Under the pieces are notes generated by a model that saw nothing but the letters and a program-made list of their open reading frames with translations, was not told where the DNA came from and did no database searches. The position numbers and the translations under genes were made by a program. Of a DNA stretch of 64,000 bases, positions 36,460 through 49,802 are shown piece by piece. Numbering within the stretch: the first letter of the stretch is position 1; every line of letters begins with the position of its first letter. The DNA is from Anaeramoeba ignava BMAN. Its lineage: Eukaryota > Protista > Anaeramoebae. Location of the stretch: contig JAPDFW010000075.1 in the NCBI GenBank assembly GCA_028826165.1, forward strand, positions 310,001 through 374,000, in the 5' to 3' direction.

Positions 36460-37262
36460 ATTAAAATTGAAATTGAAATTAAAATTGAAATTGAAATTGA
36501 AATTAAAAATTAAAAATTGAAATTGAAATTAAAATTAAAATTGAATTTGAAATTGAAATTGAAATTAAAATTAAAATTGAAATTAAAATTGAAATTAAAA
36601 TTGAAATTAAAATTGAAATTAAAATTGAAATTAAAATTAAAATTGAATTTGAAATTGAAATTAAAATTAAAATTAAAATTGAAATTAAAATCGAAATTGA
36701 AATTGAAATTGAAATTAAAATTAAAATTAAAATTAAAATTAAAATTAAAATTGAAATTGAATTTAAAATTGAAATTAAAATTGAAATTAAAATTAAAATT
36801 AAAATTAAAATTGAATTTGAAATTAAAATTGAAATTAAAATTAAAATTGAAATTGAAATTAAAATTGAAATTAAAATTGAAATTAAAATTGAAATTAAAA
36901 TTGAAATTAAAATTAAAATTGAAATTGAATTTGAAATTAAAATTAAAATTAAAATTAAAATTAAAATTAAAATTGAAATTGAAATTGAAATTGAAATTGA
37001 AATTAAAATTGAAATTGAAATTGAAATTGAATTTAAAATTGAAATTAAAATTAAAATTGAAATTAAAATTCATTTATAAAATTAAAATTGAAATTAAAAT
37101 TGAAATTGAAATTAAAATTAAAATTGAAATTGAAATTGAAATTGAAATTAAAATTAAAATTGAATTTGAAATTAAAATTAAAATTAAAATTAAAATTGAA
37201 ATTAAAATTGAAATTGAAATTGAAATTAAAATTGAAATTAAAATTGAAATTGAAATTGAAAT
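36460..37262. repeat. (AAATTR)n hexamer microsatellite spacer in the ankyrin-BTB array (also 32330-32500 and 40050-40282)
   Basis: Visible. It is the source of the spurious KL/NF ORFs. Confidence 0.9.
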
Positions 37263-37268
37263 TGTTGA

Positions 37269-39929
37269 TTAATTTTGATTGTTTGATAAAGATTTGGAAT
37301 AAAAATCAAGTAAATATGATCCTAAAATTGAATTTTGATTTAATTGATAAAATTCTTTTAAATCAATAAATTCTGAAATAATATTTTCTTGTGTTAATTT
37401 TGTTTCATCAATTTTATCATTATAAAAAAAATAAATTAATTGTTGAATTGTTTCAAATGATTTTTCTGAATAATCATGAACTTGATTTGATGAATCATTA
37501 ACATTTAAAAACATTCCTTTAAATAATTCACTTCTTATTTCTAATATTAATTTATGAACTTTAATTTCTTTTTCTTCAATAATTATTGTAAAATCTTTAG
37601 TTTCATTTTCTTGATAAAATTCTTCAAAATCTTTTAATATTCCTTTTATTCCTTCTTTTTCTTTAATCCAATTTAAATCAAATCCTGTTTTTTCAAATAA
37701 ATCATAAATTATTCCTTTTTCAAATTCTTCATTTTGTTTTCGATTTAGATATGAAGAGAAAAAATCTAAAACTGGTTTATATTTTGATTCTTTTTGAATA
37801 AATTGATTATTAAATTTTTGAATAAATTTATCAAAATCAATAAATCCTGTATAAAGAAAATTTAATGAAAATTGAATAATTTCTTTTGATTTTCTTCTGC
37901 AAATATTAATAAATTTTGTTAAAATTTTTTGATTATTATTAAATCTAATTAATAAAATTTGATTATGAGCTTTAATTATTTCACCATCATTACTTTTAAT
38001 TTCAATATCTTTAAATTCATTTGATTTCAAAAAATTATTTAAATCATCATTAAATGAATAAATTTTAGGAAATAAATCAATTATTTTTTGATTAATTTCA
38101 TTTTCTTTCAATTCAAAAATATTCAAATCTCTCATTAATAAAATTATAATTTCTTTTAGATATTTATTTTTCAAAGCAATATGTAAAGGTATTTCATCTT
38201 GATTATTTTTTGAATTAATATTAGAACCTTTGGAAATTAATAATTCAATAATTTCATTTGAATATTTATTTTTCAAAGCAATATGTAAAGGTATTTCATT
38301 TTCATTATTTTTTGAATTAATATCAGAACCTTTGGAAATTAATAATTCAATAATTTCATTTGTATATTTATTTTTCAAAGCAATATGTAAAGGTATTTCA
38401 TTCCAAAAATTTTTTGAATTAATATCAGATTCTTTGGAAATTAATAATTCAATAATTTCATTTGGATATTTATTTTTCAAAGCAATATGTAAAGGTATTT
38501 CATTTTGATTATTTTTTGAATTAATATCATAACCTTTGGAAATTAATAATTCAATAATTTCATTTGGATATTTATTTTCCAAAGCAATATGTAAAGGTAT
38601 TTCTTTTTCATTATTTTTTGAATTAATATTAGAATCTTTGGAAATTAATAATTCAATAATTTCATTTGGATATTTATTTTTCAAAGCAATATGTAAAGGT
38701 ATTTCTTTTTCATTATTTTTTGAATTAATATTAGAACCTTTGGAAATTAATAATTCAATAATTTCATTTGGATATTTATTTTTCAAAGCAATATGTAAAG
38801 GTATTTCATCTTGATCATTTTTTGAATTAATATTAGATTCTTTGGAAATTAATAATTCAATAATTTCATTTGAATATTTTTTTTTCAAAGCAATATGTAA
38901 AGGTATTTCATTTTGATTATTTTTTGAATTAATATCAGAATCTTTGGAAATTAATAATTCAATAATTTCATTTGTATTTTGATTTTTCAAAGCAATATGT
39001 AAAGGTATTTCATTTTCATTATTTTTTGAATTAATATCAGAACCTTTGGAAATTAATAATTCAATAATTTCTTTTGTATTTTGGTTTTTCAAAGCAATAT
39101 GTAAAGGTATTTCATTTTCATTATTTTTTGAATTAATATTAGAACCTTTGGAAATTAATAATTCAATAATTTCATTTGGATATTTATTTTCCAAAGCAAT
39201 ATGTAAAGGTATTTCATTTTATTTTTTGAATTAATATCAGATTCTTTGGAAATTAATAATTTAATAATTTCATTTGGATATTTATTTTTCAAAGCAATAT
39301 GTAAAGGTATTTCATTCCAATTATTTTTTGAATTAATATCAGAATCTTTGGAAATTAATAATTCAATAATTTCGATTTGGATAATTATTTTTCAAAGCAA
39401 TATGTAAAGGTATTTCATTTTGTTCATTTTTTGAATTAATATTAGAACCTTTGGAAATTAATAATTCAATAATTTCTTTTGGATTTTTATTTGAAAGAGC
39501 TGAATGTAAAGAATTATTTTTGTTTTTATCAATCCAATTTAAATTAGTTTCTTTTTCAATAAGTTTTTGAATAATTTCTTGTTTCGATTTATTTTCAAAA
39601 GCATAATTTAAAAAAGGTTTATTTTCTTTTTCAAATTGTTCTGTTGTTTTTAAAGTTAAAATTGAATTAAAAAATTGAATATTATTTGTTTTTATTGCTT
39701 TATAAACTTGTTTTAATTGTTCTGTGTTTTGATTTATGTTTTGATTTGTGTTTTGATATTTTGATTTATGTTTTGATTTGTGTTTCAGTTTGTGCCTTAT
39801 TTTATTTTTATTTTTATTTTTGATTTATATTTTGTTTATGTTTATGTTTTGATTTGTATTTTGATTTGTGTTTTGATTTATAAATTGATTGAGATAATGT
39901 TTTAACAATTGTTCTGTGCTTTGATTCAT
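37269..39929 (-). CDS. Ankyrin-repeat (14) + tandem BTB paralogue, frameshifted in the 5' part (assembly error or pseudogene)
   Basis: Same MNQSTEQLL start (ATG at 39929). Indels near 39758, 39374 and 39218. Intact ORF 39194-37269. Confidence 0.8.
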
Positions 39930-40288
39930 GTTTTGATTTATGTTTTGATTTATGTTTTGATTTAAAAATTGTTTGTGATAATGTTTTAGTAATTAATTTA
40001 TGTTTTAGTTAGTGTTTTTAAAATGAAAAAAAATGAAAAAAAAATTGAAAAATTGAAATTAGAATTGAAATTGAAATTAAATTTGAAATTTAAAATTAAA
40101 ATTGAAATTGAAATTGAAATTGAAATTAAAATTAAAATTAAAATTGAAATTAAAATTGAAATTAAAATTGAAATTGAAATTGAAATTGAAATTGAAATTA
40201 AAATTGAAATTGAAATTAAAATTGAAATTAAAATTAAAATTAAAATTAAAATTGAAATTGAAATTGAAATTGAAATTGAAATTGTTGA

Positions 40289-42157
40289 TTAATTTTGATT
40301 GTTTGATAAAGATTTGGAATAAAAATCAATTAAATAAGATCCTAAAATTGATTTTTGATTTAATTGATAAAAATCTTTTAAATCAGTAAACTCTGAAATA
40401 TTTTCTTTGGTTAATTTTGTTTCATCAATTTTATCATTATAAAAAAAATAAATTAATTGTTGAATTGTTTCAAATGATTTTTCTGAATAATCATGAACTT
40501 GATTTGATAAATCATTAACATTTAAAAACATTCCTTTAAATAATTCACTTCTTATTTCTAATATTAATTTATGAACTTTAATTTCTTTTTCTTCAATAAT
40601 TATTGTAAAATCTTTGGTTTCATTTTCTTGATAAAATTCTTCAAAATCTTTTAATATTCCTTTTATTCCTTCTTTTTCTTTAATCCATTTTAAATCAAAT
40701 CCTGTTTCTTCAAATAAATCATAAATTATTCCTTTTTTAAATTCTTCTTCTTTTTTTTCAATTTGATTTAAAATTAATTCTTCTTCTTTTTTTTGATTTT
40801 CAAATTCAATTTCATTTGAAAATAAAAATTGAAAATTTGAATCAATTTTTGTTTGATTTTGAATAAATTGATTATTAAATTTTTGAATAAATTTATCAAA
40901 ATCAATAAATCCAGTATAAAGAAAATTTAATGAAAATTGAATAATTTCTTTTGATTTTCTTTTGCAAATATTAATAAATTTTGTTAAAATTTTTTGATTA
41001 TTATTAAATCTAATTAATAAAATTTGATTATGAGCTTTAATTATTTCACCATCATTACTTTTAATTTCAATATCTTTAAATTCATTTGATTTTAAAAAAT
41101 TATTTAAATCATCATTAAATGAATAAATTTTAGGAAATAAATCAATCATTTCTTGATTAATTTCATTTTCTTTCAATTCAAAAATATTCAGATATCTCAT
41201 TAATAAAATTATAATTTCATTTGGATATTTATTTTTCAAAGCAATATGTAAAGGTGTTTCATTTTCATTATTTTTTGAATTAATATCAGAACCTTTAGAA
41301 ATTAATAATTCAATAATTTCATTTGGATATTTATTTTTCAAAGCAATATGTAAAGGTGTTTCATTTTCTTTATTTTTTGAATTAATATCAGATTCTTTGG
41401 AAATTAATAATTCAATAATTTCTTTTGGATATTTATTTTCCAAAACAATATGTAAAGGTATTTCATTCCAAAAATTTTTTGAATTAATATCAGAACCTTT
41501 GGAAATTAATAATTCAATAATTTCTTTTGGATATTTATTTTTCAAAGCAATATGTAAAGGTATTTCATTCCAATAATTTTTTGAATTAATATCAGAACCT
41601 TTGGAAATTAATAATTCAATAATTTCATTTGAATAATTATTTTCCAAAGCAATATGTAAAGGTATTTCATTTTGTTCATTTTTTGAATTAATATTAGAAC
41701 CTTTGGAAATTAATAATTCAATAATTTCTTTTGGATTTTTATTTGAAAGAGCTGAATGTAAAGAGGTATTTTTGTTTTTATCAATCCAATTTAAATTAGT
41801 TTCTTTTTCAATAAGTTTTTGAATAATTTCTTGTTTCGATTTATTTTCAAAAGCATAATTTAAAAAAGGTTTATTTTCTTTTTCAAATTGTTGTGTTGTT
41901 TTTAAAGTTAAAATTGAATTAAAAAATTGAATATTATTTGTTTTTATTGCTTTATAAACTTTTTTTAATTGTTTTGTATTTTGATTTATGTTTTGATTTA
42001 TGTTTTGATTTATGTTTTGATTTATGCTTTGATTGTTGTTTTGATTTATATTTTGATTTATGTTTTGATTTGTATTTTGATTTGTATTTTGATTTGTGTT
42101 TTGATTTATAAATTGATTGAGATAATGTTTTAACAATTGTTCTGTGCTTTGATTCAT
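40289..42157 (-). CDS. Ankyrin-repeat (6) + tandem BTB paralogue, 622 aa
   Basis: N- and C-termini near-identical to 32507-36331, with fewer repeats. Confidence 0.92.
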   Translation of the reverse strand: MNQSTEQLLKHYLNQFINQNTNQNTNQNTNQNINQNINQNNNQSINQNINQNINQNINQNTKQLKKVYKAIKTNNIQFFNSILTLKTTQQFEKENKPFLNYAFENKSKQEIIQKLIEKETNLNWIDKNKNTSLHSALSNKNPKEIIELLISKGSNINSKNEQNEIPLHIALENNYSNEIIELLISKGSDINSKNYWNEIPLHIALKNKYPKEIIELLISKGSDINSKNFWNEIPLHIVLENKYPKEIIELLISKESDINSKNKENETPLHIALKNKYPNEIIELLISKGSDINSKNNENETPLHIALKNKYPNEIIILLMRYLNIFELKENEINQEMIDLFPKIYSFNDDLNNFLKSNEFKDIEIKSNDGEIIKAHNQILLIRFNNNQKILTKFINICKRKSKEIIQFSLNFLYTGFIDFDKFIQKFNNQFIQNQTKIDSNFQFLFSNEIEFENQKKEEELILNQIEKKEEEFKKGIIYDLFEETGFDLKWIKEKEGIKGILKDFEEFYQENETKDFTIIIEEKEIKVHKLILEIRSELFKGMFLNVNDLSNQVHDYSEKSFETIQQLIYFFYNDKIDETKLTKENISEFTDLKDFYQLNQKSILGSYLIDFYSKSLSNNQN

Positions 42158-42335
42158 GTTTTGATTTATGTTTTGATTTAAAAATTGTTTGAGATAATGT
42201 TTTAGTAATTAATTTATGTTTTGGTTAGTGTTTTTAAAATGAAAAAAAAATGAAAAAAAAAATGAAAAAAAATATTTTTTGGAATTTTTAATTTTTCATT
42301 TTTTTTTTTTTGAAACAAAAGAAAAAAGAATAAAA

Positions 42336-45300
42336 ATGGCAACTTATCAAGTTAATCAAAAAATTCATTATCAAAATTCTAAAGGAACAATACAATTTAT
42401 TGGAACAACACATTTAGGTGAAGGACAATGGATTGGAATTGTTTTAGAAACACCAAGTAAAACAAATTAAATTAAATTAAAATAAATAAAATTAAATTAA
42501 AAAAATTAAATTAAAAAAATTAAATTAAAAAAATTAATAAATAAATAAAAATAAGCTGGCAAACATAATGGAATAGTTGATGGAAATGAATATTTTTCAT
42601 GTGAAAATCTTCATGGAATTTTAATTCCTGTAAAAGAATTAAATGAAAATCAGGAAAAGAGAAAAGAAGAAAATAAGCGAAAGTTAAGAATACTTTCTCA
42701 TCAGTTTAAATTACTTGCAAATGAAAGAACTCATTTGACACTTAAAATGGAAATGATGGAAAAAAGCATTGAAAAAAATGAAGAAATTGAAAATTTTAAT
42801 TTAAATGAGAAAGAAATGACAGAAAAAATTCAAGAAATAAAATCGATAATTGAGAAAAAAGAACAAGAAATAGAACAAAAAGAACAAAACCATCAACAGG
42901 CCCAGAAAAAGCTTCAGGTTTATAATTGAAAATTAAAATTAAAATCAAAATTAAAATTAAAATTAAAATCAAAATTAAAATCAAAATTAAAATTAAAATT
43001 AAAATTAAAATTAAAATCAAAATTAAAATTAAAATTCAAATTTAAAATAAAATTAAAATTAAAATTAAAATTAAAATTAAAATTAAAATTAAAATTAAAA
43101 TTAAAATTAAATATTAAAATTAAAATTAAAATTAAAATTAAAATTTAAAATTAAATATTAAAATTAAAATTTAAAATAGAAAGTAAAAAGTTTTCTTAGT
43201 GAAGATACTTTAAATCAACAACTTTTTGAAAAAAGTGAAAATTTAAAAATAAGATTAAAAGAATTAAAAAAAAATTATCAAGAAATTAAAGAAAAAAAAG
43301 AAGATTTTGAATTAAAACATCAAACACTTGAAAAAAATTTACCAGAACTTAAAAATTCATTTGAAAAATCAATTTGTAATTTTATTATAATTTTTTTGCT
43401 TTTTTTTAAAAAAAATTAAATAAGAAATTTATTTTTATTTGAATAAAAACCAAAAATTCAGATGAATTAAAAAAGAGAATATCAACAAAACAGCAACAAA
43501 TTGAAGATTTACAAAAAGATAAAAGTGAAATGTTAAATCAATTTGGTGTTTTTGATTTAAATACTCAAAGAGATATTGAACAATTAAAAAATGAAATTCA
43601 AAAATTACGTTTTGAATTGAAAAAAACTCGTAAAGAAATTCTTGATATTGAACTTAATAAAACAGAGCATGAAAAGGAAATTGAAAAAGGTTGATTTTAT
43701 TCTGAACAAAAATTAAAATTAAAATTAAAATTAAAATTAAAAATTAAAATTAGAATTAGAATTAAAATTAAAATCATAATTAATATTAAAATTAAAATTA
43801 AAATTAAAATTAAAAAATTAAAATTAAAATTAAAATTAAAATCGGATAAAAAATTAAAATTAAAAAATCTTTTTATTATCTTTTTTTAAAATAGTTCTTT
43901 ATTATGAAGATGGAACTGATAGATCAAATTGGTTAGCAAAAGTTATGACAAGACATCCTGAAATTAATAATTTAAGAGAAAGACTTACACCAGTTAATAG
44001 AGCAATATCTTTTGCTAGACTTTATAGTGGATCAAAAACAAAAGTAAAAGAAAGTCTTACTCGAGAAATGGTTTATCAATTAATAATGCAATATTTTGAA
44101 TTTGATGGAAAAAAAGATATTCAAGAATTTATTGAAGAATCTACAAGTGTGAAGTGTATGGAAAGAATTAGAATTAGAATTAGAATTAGAATTAGAATTA
44201 GAATTAAAATCAAAATCAAATTTAGAATTAAAATTAAAATTAAAATTAAAATTAAAATCAAAATCAAAATTATAATTAAAATTAAAATTAAAATCGAAAT
44301 TAAAATTAAAATTAAAATTAAAATTAGAATTAAAATTCAAATCAAATCAAAATTAAAATTCATTTATATAAATTAAAATTAAAATTAAAATTAAAATTAA
44401 AATAAAAAATTTAAAATTAAAATGGAAAAATTAAAATTAAAAATAAAATTAAAATTAAAATTAAAAATTAGAATTAGAATTAAAATTAAAATTAAAATTA
44501 AAATTAAAATTAAAATTAAAATTAAAATTAAAATTAAAATTAAAATTAAAATTAAAATTAAAATTAAAATTAAAATTAAAATTAAAATTAAAATTAAAAT
44601 TAAAATTAAAATTAAAATTAAAATTAAAATTAAAATTAAAATTAAAATTAAAATTAAAATTAAAATTAAAATTAGAATTAGAATCAAAAATTAAAATTAA
44701 AATTAAAATTAAAATTAAAATTAAAATTAAAATTAAAATTAAAATTAAAATCGAAATGAAAATTTTAGATCAAGATGTAAAACTTCAAGATAGTCGATTA
44801 GTTTCTTTATTAAAATTAGTTTTAAGAGATGTTGAAAGATTATGGGATTTAACAATGGGAGATGATTCTAGACATGGAATGACAAAAGAAAATCGAATGG
44901 ATTTAATTGAAGAACAAGTTTTTAATATGGGACTTGATTTATCAAGCAGTATAAATTAATTTAAAATTAAAATTAATTTTAAAATTAAAATTAATTTATA
45001 ATCCAAATTAATTTATAATCCAAATTAATTTATAATCCAAATTAATTTAAAATTAAAATTATTCAAATTATTTCAAATTATTATTTAAGTGGATGAAAAT
45101 GATGTTCCAATTTGGGAAGAACCAGAAGATAATCCTTCAAATATATTAATTGATGAATCAATTCCTGAATCAGATCTTTTAAATAGAATTGTTGGATCAA
45201 ATATTAATAAATTAATTGAATATTTAACATATGAAACAATTTCAGGTTAATTCAAAATCAAAATTATAATTAAAATTAAAATTAAAATTAAAATAAATTC

Positions 45301-46691
45301 ATTTTAAAATTAAAATTAAAATTAAAATTAAAATTAAAATTAAAATTAAAATCAAAATTCAAAATTAAAATTAAAATTAAAATTAAAATTAAAATTAAAA
45401 TTAAAATTGAAAATTAAAATTAAAATTAAAATTAAAATTAAAATTAAAATTAAAATTAAAATTAAAATTAAAATTCAAAATTCAAAATTAAATTTTAAAA
45501 TTAAAATTAAAATTAAAATTAAAATTAAAATTAAATTTAAATTTAAAATTAAAAGATACAAAATTTTTGGAAGCATTTTTAATGACATATCAATCTTTTA
45601 TGAAACCGGAACAATTTCTTTCCAAATTAATACAAAGATACAACGTTCCACCTAAAAAACCAGACGAAGATGAAAAAGAACATGCAGATAAAAAAAACAA
45701 AATCCAACTAAAAGTAACAATAGTATTATCCAAATGGTGGAAAAAATGCCCAGCAGATTTTGACACAAAATTACTTTCTGATTACGAATCATTCATCAAA
45801 AACTCAGTTCTATTTGATCTTCCAATTTCAGGAAGAAGAATGTTAGAAGAATTAAAAGAACACAAAGAATTCAAGACTGAAAAGAATATCAAAGCAGATC
45901 CACCTGAACCGAAAATTCCAAAAAATGTTTTCTCAGATTCTTTAACACTTGATGAAGTTGAAGAAGATGAATTTGCACGTCAATTCACAATTGTCAACTC
46001 AGAAATTTACCAGAAAATCCAACCTTCAGAACTAATTACACAAGCCTGGAGCAAAGCGCAATATCGACATCGAGCGCCAAATGTATTGAGGATGATCGAC
46101 TTATTCAACCAGTTTGTCGGTTATATTTCAACCAAAATTGTGGAACCCGAATCCATTCGTGAAAGAGCAAGAATGATCATCAGGTTCATTAAAATCGGTG
46201 ACTTTTTTGACAAGCTTCACAACTTTAATTGTTTGATGTCTATTGTTGCTGGTGTAAATAGCTCTTCCGTTAACAGATTAAAACACACTAAGGCAGAGGT
46301 TCCTCGTAGTTACTGGAAAATGTTCGAGGACTTCCAAAAGAAACTCTCAAGCGAACAAGGCTATAAAAACTACCGCACATTTTTGAACCACACAGATTTG
46401 CCTTGCATCCCTTATTTGGGTGTATATTTGACTGACTTGACTTTCATTTCTGATGGTTCGCCAAACAGACTTGAAGGAAATCTTATTAATTTTGCTAAGA
46501 GAAAATTGCTTTCAAATAAGATTTTGGAAGTTCAAGTTTTCCAAAGAATGAGTTATAATTTGGTCCCAATTCATCAAATCCAAAAATTAATGACTGATAA
46601 ACTTCCTGCTGCTGAAAGTGAAAAAGCTCTTTATAAGATTTCTTTAGTAAGAGAACCAAGAAATGCTGCTCGTTCTCAATTGGTTTATTAA
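42336..46691 (+). CDS. CAP-Gly + coiled-coil + LisH + REM/CDC25 RasGEF (7 introns)
   Basis: GTIQFIGTTHLGEGQWIGIVLETPT|GKHNGIVDGNEYFSC (CAP-Gly). TREMVYQLIMQYFEFDG (LisH). FLEAFLMTYQSF (REM). ARQFT..NFNCLMSIVAG..V.RLK.T..PCIPYLGVYLTDLTFI.DG.PN...LINF.K (CDC25). All junctions are GT-AG and in frame. Confidence 0.88.
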
Positions 46692-46899
46692 CAAAAAAAA
46701 AATGAGAACTTTTTTTTGTTCCACTTTTTTTCTTTTTTCTTTTTTCTTTTCTTTTTTGATAAAATTTATCAAAAAAAAAATAAGAAGAATTTAAAAATTT
46801 TTTTTCAAATTTTTAATTTTTTTCTTTTTCTTTTTGATAAAATTTATCAAAAATAAAAAAATTTAAAAATTTTAAATAAAAATTCAAATCATAATAATT

Positions 46900-49560
46900 T
46901 TTAATTTTCAATTTAACAAAAACAACTAAATTAAAATTGAAATTAATTAAATTAAAAATTGAAAAATAAATAAAAATAATTAAATCAAATTAATTAAAAT
47001 TATAATAATTAAAAATAATCAATTTAAAAACATTTTAAAAATAATTTAAAAAACAATCTAAATTAAAATTAAATTAATTAAATTAAAAAAATTGAAAAAG
47101 TTAATGATAAAAATAAAAAAAAAAAATTAAAATAATCAATTTAAAAATAATTTAAAAATAATCCAAATTAAAATTAAATTAATTAAATTAAAAAAATTGA
47201 AAAAGTTAATGATAAAAAATAATTTAAATAAAATTATAATAATTTAAAAATTAATAAAAATTAAAATAATCAATTTAAAAATAATTTAAAAAATAATTTA
47301 AAAAACAATCTAAATTAAAATTAAATTAATTAAATTAAAAAAATTGAAAAAGTTAAAGATAAAAAAAGAAATAAATTTAATTAAAATTATAATAATTTAA
47401 AAATTAATAAAAATTGAAATATTCAATTTAAAACATTTTAAAAATAATTTAAAAAATAATCTAAATTAAAATTGAAATTAATTAAATTAAAAAAATTGAA
47501 AAAGTTAAAAATAAAAATAATTAAAAATTAAAAGTTAAAAATTATAATAATTTAAAAATTAATAAAAATTAAAATATTCAATTTGAAAATAATTTAAAAA
47601 TAATTTAAAAACAATCCAAATTAAAATTAAATCAATTAAATTAAAAAATTGAAAAAGTTAAAAAATAATTAAATTTAATTAAATTTAAATAAAATTATAA
47701 TAATTTAAAAATTAATAAAAATTAAAATATTCAATTTGAAAATAATTTAAAAAATAATTTAAAAAACAATCTAAATTAAAATTAAATTAATTAAATTAAA
47801 AAAATTGAAAAATATAAAGATAAAAAAATAATTAAATTTGAATAAATTTAATCAAAATTATAATAATTTAAAAATTAATAAAAATTAAAATAATTAATTT
47901 AAAAATAATTTAAAAAATAATTTAAAAAATAATTTAAATTAAAATTAAATTAATTAAATTAAAAAAATTGAAAAAGTTAAAAAAATAATTAAATTTAATT
48001 AAATTTAAATAAATATAATTTAAAAATTAATAAAAATTAAAATATTCAATTTAAAAATAATTTAAAAATAATTTAAAAACAATCCAAATTAAAATTAAAA
48101 ATTAATTAAAAATAATTAAAAATAAAAAAATAAAAATTTTCAAAAATAATTTAAAATTAATAAAAATTAAAATAATCAATTTAAAAATAATTTAAAAAAT
48201 AATTTAAAAATAAATTAAATTAAAATTAAATTAATTAAATTAAAAATTGAAAAGTTAAAGATAAAAAGAAATAAATTTAATTAAAATTATAATAATTTAA
48301 AAATTAATAAAAATCAAAATATTCAATTTGAAAATGATTTAAAAAACAATTTAAAAATAATTTAAATTAAAATTAAATTAATTAAATTAAAAAAATTGAA
48401 AAATTAAAATAAAAAGTAAATTGTTAAAAAAATAATTTAAAAATTAATAATTTAAAAAAATTTAAAAACAATCTAAATTAAAATTAAATTAATTAAATTA
48501 AAAAATTGAAAAAGTTAAAGATAAAAATAAATAAATTTAATTAAAATTATAATAATTTAAAAATAAATAAAAATTAAAATAATCAATTTAAAAATAATTT
48601 AAAAAATAATTTAAAAACAATCCAAATTAAAATTAAATTAATTAAATTAAAAAAATTGAAAAAGTTAATTATGAAATTTTAATAATTTAAAATCACAATT
48701 TTTTTAAAAACTTTTAAATTAAAAATAATTTTTAATTTTTATTTTGAAATTTTTAATTATAAAAAGAAATAAATTTAATTAAAATTATAATAATTAAAAT
48801 AATCAATTTAAAAATAATTTAAAAATAATTTAAAAACAATCTAAATTAAAATTAAATTAATTAAATTAAAAAATTGAAAAAGTTAAAGATAAAAATAAAT
48901 AAATTTAATTAAAATTATAATAATTTAAAAATTTTATTTTAAAAATAATTTAAAAAATAATTTAAAAAACAATCCAAATTAAAATTAAATTAATTAAATT
49001 AAAAAAATTGAAAAAGTTAAATTTAATTAAAAATTAAAAAGTGAAAATTTAAAAAATCAATTTGAAAATATTTTAAAAATAATTTAAAAACAATCTAAAT
49101 TAAAATTAAATTAATTAAATTAAAAAATTGAAAAAGTTAAAGATAAAAAGAAATAAATTTAATTAAAATTATAATAATTTAAAAATTAATAAAAATTAAA
49201 ATCAATTTGAAAAAAAAAAAATTCAAAAACAAAAATTAAAAAAATAATTAAATTAAAAATTGAAAAAAATAAATAAATTTAATTAAAATGAAAAATTTAA
49301 AAATAAAAAAAATCAAAATTTAAAAAACAATCAAAATTAAATTGAAATTAATTAAATTAAAAATTGAAAAAGTTAAAGAACTTTCAAAATAATAAAAAAT
49401 CAATTTGAATCAAAAAAATAAAATTGAAAAATAAAAATAATTTAAAAAAAAAATCTAAATTAAAATTAAATTAAAAATTAAAAATTGAAAAAGTTAAAAT
49501 AAAAAGAAATAAAAATTAAAATTATAAAATTTAAAAATTAAAAATTAAAAATCAAAAAAA
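46900..49560. repeat. Degenerate ~105-160 bp tandem repeat (core AAAACAATCYAAATTAAAATTAAATTAATTAAATTAAAAAAATTGAAAAAGTT), about 18 copies
   Basis: The AATTGAAAAA(GTT) core recurs near 46958, 47090, 47195, 47342, 47494, 47647 ... 49483. Confidence 0.85.
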
Positions 49561-49802
49561 AATGATTTAAAAATAATTTAAAAAAATCCAAAAAAATTGA
49601 AAAAGAAAATGAAAATGAAATTGAAATTGAAAATGAAATTGAAAAAGAAACAAATTTTAAACAATCTCAATCTTCAATTAATTTAAAAAAGAATAATAAT
49701 TCAAAAAGTCAAAAATCAAGAAGAAAAAGAAAAAAAGAAGATATTCCTGATAAAATTATAGTTAAAAATAAAGTTGGAAATAAAATTGATTTAATTGGAA
49801 AA

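Noticed and set aside
36510-37369. ORFs of poly-KL/NF/IL/IK here and at 262-826, 1797-2253, 2825-3340, 23668-24081, 24814, 26700, 44080-44694 and 57020-58076
   Set aside because: They are translations of microsatellites or alternative frames of low-complexity coding repeats.
33801-39234. Antisense MEINNSIISF... ORFs
   Set aside because: They are shadow frames of the ankyrin repeats, with no independent evidence.
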